In this document: in pieces, positions 29,390 to 36,372 of the stretch
Layout of the letters: each line of letters starts with the position of its first letter
How positions within the stretch are numbered: the first letter of the stretch is position 1
Assembly (NCBI GenBank): GCA_965234725.1
Contig: CBDDUX010000066.1
Coordinates: 1 to 36,372 of the forward strand
Reading direction: 5' to 3'
DNA from: Thermoplasmatota archaeon
Lineage (GTDB): Archaea > Thermoplasmatota > Penumbrarchaeia > Penumbrarchaeales > Penumbrarchaeaceae
Length of the DNA: 36,372 nucleotides
The notes under the pieces: model-generated
Told to the model about the DNA's origin: nothing
The model's input: the letters and a program-made list of their open reading frames with translations, nothing else
Databases searched by the model: none
Made by a program: the position numbers and the translations under genes

Positions 29390-30331
29390 TCATTGGTCCT
29401 CATCGTTCTTCCTGAGGTCTTCCTCTACCATGATCTCTTTGAAATGGACCATCCCGTCCTCCTCCCTTGCCTCTCTGCCCTCCACATCCTCCAGTGTGAA
29501 TACCCTGCCCTCTTTATCAAGGGCCCTTCCCAGCACCTCATTGGCCTCTTCCATCTTTCCTTTCTTTTGCAGGAGACGGCCTTTGGAGTAAAGTGCGGGG
29601 AAATATTTGGGATCGAGTTCGAGGGCCTCTTCATAAACCTCCATGGCCTCATCCTCCCTTTCCTGGGCCTCAAGCGCGGCCCCGAGATTGTTGAGGACTG
29701 GTGGAGAGGGGCCAGTCCGGTCCATAAGTTCGACAAGAAGTCCTTCGGCATCCTCAAACCTACCCAATTTTATTAAAACGATGGACATGTCAAAGAATAT
29801 CTCAGGTGGAGCATCCTCGAAGGAAGCGGCCTGCTCGTACATCTTAAGAGAGGGTTCAATAAGACCCATCTCCCGATATATCAGCCCCATGACCGATGAA
29901 GTTCTCCAATTAGGCTCCTCGATCTGCCCAAGCTTTGTGTAGCAAAGGGCGGCTCCCTTCCACAACCTGTCGTTCAACAATCTGTTCCCTATCATGGAAT
30001 ATCTTGCCATCTCGACCTCAGGGCCGTCCCCATTTGGCCATTTATCACTTTCCATGAGGTTCAGTGACCATTTTGCCTCAGGATAGTGTCCGCTCTTGGA
30101 CGTGGCTTCGATGAAGGAGGTCCTGGCACCATCGAAATCACCGTAATAGAGCAGTATCATTCCATTAAGTTCCCAGGCCCTGCCAAGATCAGGATCCAGT
30201 TCCAGACTTTCCATTATGGGCCCATAGGCATCATCGAACTGCATGGATGAATACAATTCCTCGGCATTTTCAAGTGCCTTTACGGCTGATACGTGATCAT
30301 CGTAGCCTTCATCCATATGATTATGAATCAA
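29390..30331 (-). CDS. Tetratricopeptide repeat protein
   Basis: TPR units such as LELDPDLGRAWELNG and VLNNLGAALEAQ...YEEALELDPKYFPALYSKG. Confidence 0.85.
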   Translation of the reverse strand: MIHNHMDEGYDDHVSAVKALENAEELYSSMQFDDAYGPIMESLELDPDLGRAWELNGMILLYYGDFDGARTSFIEATSKSGHYPEAKWSLNLMESDKWPNGDGPEVEMARYSMIGNRLLNDRLWKGAALCYTKLGQIEEPNWRTSSVMGLIYREMGLIEPSLKMYEQAASFEDAPPEIFFDMSIVLIKLGRFEDAEGLLVELMDRTGPSPPVLNNLGAALEAQEREDEAMEVYEEALELDPKYFPALYSKGRLLQKKGKMEEANEVLGRALDKEGRVFTLEDVEGREAREEDGMVHFKEIMVEEDLRKNDEDQ

Positions 30332-30361
30332 CCTGCTCTTGTTTAAAGGTTACCTGTAAAG

Positions 30362-30898
30362 TTACTCCGCCTTTATCCAACCATTGCGTTCCAGGACCTC
30401 GCCATCCGGGGGAAAATCCCAGTCTGCCATGGAAAAGTGCCTGTTACATCTGGTACAGGAATAGAGGGAAGAGCCGTATTCCATCAGAGGGTCATGGCAC
30501 ATGGGACACAAGGCTTTGGTTTTGGATGCGACATCCATGTAGAACCTGTGCCCCTTGGAGCATTCTATACCCTTTACCTGTATCCAATATTGGGTCGCTG
30601 TCTTCTTGGTTATTTCCCCGCCCATCAATTTCAATCCGTACATATTGATCCTCCCCCCATCGTGGATCAACTCGGTCTCCTCATCAACGACCCGGGTCGG
30701 TGATTCGCAAAGGGGGCATGGACACTCCCGATCGAATTCCTTTAACCTGATCTCCTCTTGCTTTATTTTCTCATGCTGATCTTTTTCTACATTCTGGCCT
30801 ACCCTTTCTCTGTGGGTTGCCATATCATAACCGCATTTCCTGCATCTTTCGGCATTTTCCTCATACTGATAAGCACTGCAGTTGGGACAATATTGCAT
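30362..30898 (-). CDS. Multi-zinc-ribbon hypothetical protein
   Basis: CPNC, CRKC, CPLC, CSKGH, CPMC and CTRC motifs. Start placed at MQYCPNC. Confidence 0.75.
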   Translation of the reverse strand: MQYCPNCSAYQYEENAERCRKCGYDMATHRERVGQNVEKDQHEKIKQEEIRLKEFDRECPCPLCESPTRVVDEETELIHDGGRINMYGLKLMGGEITKKTATQYWIQVKGIECSKGHRFYMDVASKTKALCPMCHDPLMEYGSSLYSCTRCNRHFSMADWDFPPDGEVLERNGWIKAE

Positions 30899-30947
30899 CT
30901 TGACACCCCAGGGTGATCCCGTTCCCCGTAGTATAATGGTGTAGAAC

Positions 30948-32723
30948 CTATTTTGATTTGTTGGCCTTCCGATAATAAACAAGCCCAACCGAAGCTGCTA
31001 AAACCACCATTATTACAAAAGCTGCGAGATTAATACTGCTTAAGAGACCTGAACCTCCATCGGACATACTGGTGACCACAAGCTCGACCTGTCCGTCCTC
31101 GCTCTGAATGAAACGATGTTCAGCCCTCAGGTCTCCCGATCTTGCGATCAGGGAATAATCAGAGCAAGGAAGATACTCGAAGGAGACTTTACCACTGTTG
31201 TCTGTCACCAGCTCGAAGGTGGAATTGTCCACCTCGGACCTTATAGTAACAGAAGCACCAGTGATAGGATCACCACCGCTATCCCTTACCAAAACATCAA
31301 GCATGGTCAGAGGTGAAAAAGCCGCATACGGTTGCGGAATGATATCCACAAGGTCATCGAATGTGTAATCGGGATTATCCCGGGCCTGATCGCTCACTAT
31401 GAAAGGGGTACCACAGGAATGCCCGAACCTTGCCCAGGCTTCCATCCTTGAAGCCATGGTCCTGTTGATCACCTTGCCGTCCATGGACCCATGGGGATAA
31501 CCGGAGTCATTCTCAACGTGCCCGCAAAGGGTATGCGAGCATGGATTGATCCTCTCCTCCACGGTATCATAATGGTCTCCAAGGTACTCCATTCCTTTGA
31601 AAACATCGATATTCCCGTAATCCCGTTCGGAAAGCTGTTCCCATCTTACCCACCGTGGATAACATCCATGGTCCCATCCGGACGGAGCTCCCATCTCCTC
31701 GGCGACCTCCGGGTCCCAGGGGTAGTTGCATGAGGGAAGGAATCCGTTCGTTGTCCTCCTCAGCTCCCATTCATAGGATCCCAGCTCGAGGATCGCCACC
31801 TCGTTGGTCTTCGCATCGGCAAGAAGATAATCTCCACAATATGCACCGTTGGTGTTCTCGAGCATGATATCCTTGAACTCGTCTATAGAATCTGCAAACT
31901 GTACCGCCCGTCTCAATCTTACGAAGGATGGAACACCGCCCCACCTGTAGGGTCCCGTTCCAAGGGTGGTCTCGGAAACAACAAGACCGGCGGAGTTCAC
32001 ATAGAACTCGGTACCGGACCATATCATACCCGCGGTGACCTCCATGAATATCCGGTTCCCTTCATCGGGAATGATATCGATGAAGATCGCATGGGCTGGT
32101 GAGAGGAAATAGGGCATCCAGAGAGATTGTCCCATAACGAATCCGCCGTCAGAGGTAGCATCACCTGTGGCCACGAACGCTGAGCAGTGATGAGGAGTGT
32201 CTGAGGGAGGAGAGGGCAGACCATTGTCAAATGGAAGCCACCACCAGATATTCCCCGGGGGTTCGGCCCTCCACCAGATGTCCCATATGGCATTGAGGGC
32301 AAGGATATCCCAAATGTCGACCGGATCTCCAAGGGGATTAAGGGCTCCTTTCTCGGAAGACCCTTTTGCGATCCCTTCCATCTCTTCCCTCTGCTCAGTG
32401 GGGACCAAGTGCCAGTAGGTCCTTCCGTGCATTCTTACTTCTGACCAATCAAGGTTGTAAGACCTCTCGGTGGCATGTGCGTAAGCTGATAGGGACCTTG
32501 GGATCAGATCATAGAGGACCACGCCGTGCTGATAACCTATCTCGGCAGGGGATCCGCTAACCTGAATGTATCTAAAACCCTCCTTCTCCGTGACATAGGC
32601 TCCGCAGGGATCAACCTCGCCTGAGATCACGGTGGCATCCGAAAAAGTGCTGGAGAACAAAGGTGCAAGAAGTATCAAAGCTGTAAGAAGGACGATCTTT
32701 CCTGGGATCCTGAGTTGTCTCAT
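30948..32723 (-). CDS. Secreted, membrane-anchored C45-family Ntn hydrolase (phospholipase B-like) with C-terminal beta-sandwich domain
   Basis: Signal peptide, GYQHG, EEMEGIA, autoproteolytic nucleophile HCSAF, NSAGLVVSETT, C-terminal TM plus basic tail. Confidence 0.82.
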   Translation of the reverse strand: MRQLRIPGKIVLLTALILLAPLFSSTFSDATVISGEVDPCGAYVTEKEGFRYIQVSGSPAEIGYQHGVVLYDLIPRSLSAYAHATERSYNLDWSEVRMHGRTYWHLVPTEQREEMEGIAKGSSEKGALNPLGDPVDIWDILALNAIWDIWWRAEPPGNIWWWLPFDNGLPSPPSDTPHHCSAFVATGDATSDGGFVMGQSLWMPYFLSPAHAIFIDIIPDEGNRIFMEVTAGMIWSGTEFYVNSAGLVVSETTLGTGPYRWGGVPSFVRLRRAVQFADSIDEFKDIMLENTNGAYCGDYLLADAKTNEVAILELGSYEWELRRTTNGFLPSCNYPWDPEVAEEMGAPSGWDHGCYPRWVRWEQLSERDYGNIDVFKGMEYLGDHYDTVEERINPCSHTLCGHVENDSGYPHGSMDGKVINRTMASRMEAWARFGHSCGTPFIVSDQARDNPDYTFDDLVDIIPQPYAAFSPLTMLDVLVRDSGGDPITGASVTIRSEVDNSTFELVTDNSGKVSFEYLPCSDYSLIARSGDLRAEHRFIQSEDGQVELVVTSMSDGGSGLLSSINLAAFVIMVVLAASVGLVYYRKANKSK

Positions 32724-32726
32724 CGA

Positions 32727-33659
32727 TCATCTCCTCCTCTTCATGGTCAGGAGGGCAGCTGCCAATACACCAATTAACAGGAGAGGCACCTCGAATCCTG
32801 GGATCGATACACCTCTTTGACGGACGTATACAGAATAATAGACCACCTCGGAGACCTCATTGCTCTGGATGGACTGGGTAGAGGAGACCTGGAACCTGAT
32901 GACCGATATCACATTCCTCCAGCCGTCCCATCTGCTTGGGGTCGTGACAATGACCTTGATTTTCTGGGTCCCCTTGAAGGGCAGTTCATAATGGGTCTTG
33001 TCCATGATGAAGGCCCATCCGTTGTCCTCCATCTGGTCCCTCCGATCGATGGTAACCCCGATCTCATCAGCCCCGTTCCCGGTATTGTGGACCACCAATT
33101 CAAGTTCGAACTGGCCTCCAGGAGCAGTCTGTACATAACCTGGATCCGATCTGATGGAATACTGATAGACCTGATTGACATGTATGAATGCCTCTGCGGG
33201 ATTGATATCCCCGCTTGAAACACCATCGATCAAGGCAGGTTCGTAGTACCATCTCCCTGAGATTATGATCTTCTTTATCTCATCTTGTTCCGTGGCTATG
33301 GTCATCTGGGGGACGAAAACTGATACGGAGAAGGTGGGGTCCTTAAGCCCTAGACGGCTGACCGTCAACAGAGGAATGTCTGTCACTTCCCAGCCTGGGG
33401 TACAGGTCGCATTCAATTCGATGAAAGCGAATTGGAAATCTATGTCCCTCCATTGGTCGGTCACGACCTTACCAGTGTAAGTTATAATACCCCCTCTCTG
33501 TGGATCCACATCGACATTGGGTTCATATGGGTCGATCTCGATGGTGACCCGAAGGTCACCAGCGGCCTCAACCTCATCCGATCCCAATAGAAGCAGGATC
33601 CCCGGGATGATTGAGACAACGACGATCAGGGAGATCATCCTGATATGGGGGACCATCAT
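32727..33659 (-). CDS. Surface protein with PGF-CTERM-like sorting signal (choice-of-anchor T-like)
   Basis: Signal peptide, Ig-like NTGNGAD motif, C-terminus IPGFE + hydrophobic helix + KRRR. Confidence 0.8.
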   Translation of the reverse strand: MMVPHIRMISLIVVVSIIPGILLLLGSDEVEAAGDLRVTIEIDPYEPNVDVDPQRGGIITYTGKVVTDQWRDIDFQFAFIELNATCTPGWEVTDIPLLTVSRLGLKDPTFSVSVFVPQMTIATEQDEIKKIIISGRWYYEPALIDGVSSGDINPAEAFIHVNQVYQYSIRSDPGYVQTAPGGQFELELVVHNTGNGADEIGVTIDRRDQMEDNGWAFIMDKTHYELPFKGTQKIKVIVTTPSRWDGWRNVISVIRFQVSSTQSIQSNEVSEVVYYSVYVRQRGVSIPGFEVPLLLIGVLAAALLTMKRRR

Positions 33660-33794
33660 AGGACAAGGAGAGTTGTTCAGGATATTTAATTGTTCTAATC
33701 ATACCATGCATTCTCCCCATGGGCCCATAGGACTTGGTGGCAAGTGTTAACAATATGCATGTGAATGACATATTATCCGAAAGGAGGCCGATTC

Positions 33795-34910
33795 ATGGAT
33801 GTCCTGATAGTAGGTGGTAACAGCTTCATAGGGGGCAATCTCCAATCATATCTTCTGAGCAGGGACCAGGGGATCAATATCATAAGCCTGGATGTGACAC
33901 GTGATACCAGGATGGAAGATGTGATGGGACTCAATCAATACCAGGGAAGATACTCCTTCAAGGAGGGAGGGATATGCGATCTCTCCACGTACGAGCATTA
34001 CCTGAAGGTCTCTGACCTTGTTATCAACTGTTCATCCGTAGGCTACAGATCAAGGTTCAGCGAGGGTATGGAGCTTTTCATAAGGACCAACATCCAAGGT
34101 GCCAGGATGCTTGCGGAATCTGCCTGCAGGTATCATGTCCCCCTTATGCATATTTCAACAGACGAGGTATACGGATCATGTCCCTTTACGGTTCACAGGA
34201 GAGAGGAGACCGCACCTCTGGACCCTACCAATTCCTTCGCGGCAACAATGGCAGCGGGTGAAAGACTGGTATCACTTGCGGGTAAGAGCAGTGGAAATCC
34301 CATAATGATCGCAAGGCCATGCGAGTTGATCGGCCCTAACCAGGACCCTGACAGGATAGTCCCGAGGACCATAAGGTCGATCATGGGGGGCAGGCCGCCA
34401 GGTATTCGCGAGAAAGGGGGAGAGAGATATAGGGATTGGCTCCATGTCCTGGACCTTTGCTCGGCTCTCCATCTTCTCATGGAATCCATCTCGGGATCCT
34501 CCGGTCCTATTTCCCCCGAGGAAGGTGAAAATGTTCATTCCCAACCTGGAGGAACTGTCATTTCCGGAACATCTGTTGCCAGCACGCCCTCATCAGGACC
34601 CCGAAATTCATCAAAGAGGTCCATCCTCTCGGGGGTATCGATATTCAACATCACATCAGAAATGAGATATCCCATCACTGATGTCGTTGAGAGGACCATG
34701 AAACTGATGGGATCCGTACTCCCTGTCCAGGAAACTTCCGAAGAGGGATACAGAGACCTCGGCTACAATCCATCGGGAAAGAAGATCACCTATCAAGGTT
34801 GGCAGGGCAGATATGATGATATCGACGGCATACTCCTGTCAACGATAGAATGGTACAAAGAGAATCCAGATATGCTGAGCCTTCCACCCTCACAAAAACT
34901 GATGCCATGA
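33795..34910 (+). CDS. Extended SDR, dTDP-glucose 4,6-dehydratase (RfbB/RmlB)-like, with degenerate active site
   Basis: FIRTNIQG, ISTDEVYG, RDWLHVLDLC and TIEWYKEN motifs. AGGAGG SD before ATG 33795. The YxxxK position reads FAATM. Confidence 0.82.
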   Translation: MDVLIVGGNSFIGGNLQSYLLSRDQGINIISLDVTRDTRMEDVMGLNQYQGRYSFKEGGICDLSTYEHYLKVSDLVINCSSVGYRSRFSEGMELFIRTNIQGARMLAESACRYHVPLMHISTDEVYGSCPFTVHRREETAPLDPTNSFAATMAAGERLVSLAGKSSGNPIMIARPCELIGPNQDPDRIVPRTIRSIMGGRPPGIREKGGERYRDWLHVLDLCSALHLLMESISGSSGPISPEEGENVHSQPGGTVISGTSVASTPSSGPRNSSKRSILSGVSIFNITSEMRYPITDVVERTMKLMGSVLPVQETSEEGYRDLGYNPSGKKITYQGWQGRYDDIDGILLSTIEWYKENPDMLSLPPSQKLMP

Positions 34911-35013
34911 TCTCACATTCTTCCTAAAAACATGGTTTTACATCGAAAGAAATAACTCCAATTAACCCATTTAAGTAGCAGGGTTATCGAAAAACGACCA
35001 TTGAAAGTGAAGT

Positions 35014-35047
35014 GTGAACAATGATCATTATATCGCATATTGTTCAC
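35014..35047. promoter_or_regulatory. Inverted repeat flanking a TATA-like box upstream of the NYN gene
   Basis: GTGAACAAT-N16-ATTGTTCAC (perfect 9-bp arms) with TTATAT in the spacer. Confidence 0.45.
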
Positions 35048-35081
35048 GATCTTTGATTGTTTGATCTGAGTCGGTGATATC

Positions 35082-35636
35082 ATGAAGAGGGATTCAGTTG
35101 GGGTTTTTATTGATGGTGATTATTTTGATAGTGTTCTGAGGAACGAATTCGATTCCAGGAGGATCGATTTCCTTACCTTCTCGCAATTGATCATACCTGA
35201 AGAATGCCACAGGTTCAGGACATACTACTACAAGTCCACCCCATACCTGGGATTGGATGCATCACCCGAAGACCGGTCCCGGTCAGAGGGCGTGGAGAAG
35301 TTCCTACAGTCATTGAGGCATCTTCCAAGGTTCAAGGTCAGGACAGGAGACCTTTCAAGGAGCTCTGATGGTCAGTTCAGGCGGAAAGGAGTGAATGTTT
35401 CCATGGCCATTGATATAACAAGGCTATCCACCGAGAGGATCATCGACCAGGTCTTCATGGTATGTTCCGATCCCGACCTCCTTCCCCTTCTCAAGGCCAT
35501 TCGGGACATGGGAATACTTGTAAGGTTATATCATGGGGATAACGTGCCCGAAAGGATGCTTGCCGAATCCGATGAATCCATAAGGATCGAGGAAGAGATC
35601 ATCCAGAGGTCACTCAGGGAAAATCATTACCAGTAG
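35082..35636 (+). CDS. NYN (LabA/DUF88, PIN-like) domain protein
   Basis: VFIDGDY, RTYYY, KGVNVSMAIDI and SDPDLLP motifs; GGTGA SD. Confidence 0.85.
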   Translation: MKRDSVGVFIDGDYFDSVLRNEFDSRRIDFLTFSQLIIPEECHRFRTYYYKSTPYLGLDASPEDRSRSEGVEKFLQSLRHLPRFKVRTGDLSRSSDGQFRRKGVNVSMAIDITRLSTERIIDQVFMVCSDPDLLPLLKAIRDMGILVRLYHGDNVPERMLAESDESIRIEEEIIQRSLRENHYQ

Positions 35637-35646
35637 GTGATCCTTC

Positions 35647-36135
35647 ATGATGCCCCTTGGTCATCTTGGCATCCCCCTGCTTGTTCCGATTATCGGGAAG
35701 AAGGTCCGAATAGATGTGAGGCTGCTTCTTCTAGGTTCGATCCTGCCGGATATCATAGACAAGCCCCTCGGACATCTTCTACTACCGGGTGATAACGGCA
35801 GGATATTCGCCCACACGCTGCTTTTTGCCGTTTCAATATTACTGATCGGTTTCATCTGGAAACCTGTGTTGTCACTTTCCCTCGGTGTGAGCTTCCATCA
35901 TATTCTGGATGGGATGTTCCGAGATCTTAAAACCTCTTTCTGGCCTTTGCTTGGACCTTTCGAGTCCTATGATTTCAATGTCTCACAATGGTTCGATGCT
36001 CTGTTGGATCCATATGTGATCACTGAGGAGATCATAGGTGTGATCATCATTGTAATGTTCGTAGCCAATTTCAGGATCTTCAACAAAGAGAAGTTACAAT
36101 TATTATTAAAAAAAGGCCGGATAAACTCAAGATGA
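35647..36135 (+). CDS. Membrane-bound metal-dependent hydrolase (YdjM-like)
   Basis: GH, GSILPDIIDKP, RIFAHTLLF and HHILD motifs; hydrophobic. Confidence 0.82.
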   Translation: MMPLGHLGIPLLVPIIGKKVRIDVRLLLLGSILPDIIDKPLGHLLLPGDNGRIFAHTLLFAVSILLIGFIWKPVLSLSLGVSFHHILDGMFRDLKTSFWPLLGPFESYDFNVSQWFDALLDPYVITEEIIGVIIIVMFVANFRIFNKEKLQLLLKKGRINSR

Positions 36136-36219
36136 TTATAGGGTCGTGGCAATCCAGCAATATTCATAGGATTGAAAAAAAGAATAGTTTTATATCTTCC
36201 TGATTGTTATTACATTGTC

Positions 36220-36330
36220 ATGCAATTGAAGAGAGGTTACTATAAAGGACTTTATCTGGTATCTGCCCTTTACGATCTTGTCCTGGGATTCATGTTCCTC
36301 CTTTTCTACAGGCCGTTGACTCAAGTTTAA
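36220..36330 (+). pseudogene. Probable truncated membrane-protein gene (MQLKRGYYKGLYLVSALYDLVLGFMFLLFYRP...)
   Basis: TTTATAT box about 30 nt upstream of the ATG; one TM helix, then a stop at codon 37 near the window end. Confidence 0.4.
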
Positions 36331-36372
36331 GAGTATATAAATGACTGGGGATTTCTAATTTCATGGCCAGTC

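Noticed and set aside
34963..34986. TAACCC...GGGTTA dyad as a dif/Xer site
   Set aside because: Arms are only 6 bp and the spacer is about 12 bp, which does not fit the 11-6-11 dif architecture.

Overview
Archaeal chromosomal window, most likely from an uncultured Thermoplasmatota lineage. This rests on a DUF6015-type protein, a PGF-CTERM-type surface protein, archaeal RibC/RibH, Cdc6/Orc1, a proteasome alpha subunit and GGTGA/GGAGG SD motifs. The first ~5.15 kb is the AT-rich end of an integrated element. It carries a tyrosine integrase, several small co-oriented ORFs, an intact IS701-family IS with TIRs and target duplication, and a serine-resolvase gene start. That resolvase start is interrupted by a 363-bp, ~54% GC, highly structured segment with no credible protein product, resembling either a group II intron or an omega-RNA. 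The rest is GC-richer host chromosome: three large single-pass surface proteins, metabolic genes, cdc6, a riboflavin cluster with a RibB-RibL fusion, a proteasome alpha paralog fused to a C-terminal tandem helix-hairpin-helix domain, an RfbB-like dehydratase lacking its YxxxK residues, and a NYN-domain protein. No tRNA, rRNA or CRISPR array was recognised. All family calls come from motif recognition by eye; no database searches were run.
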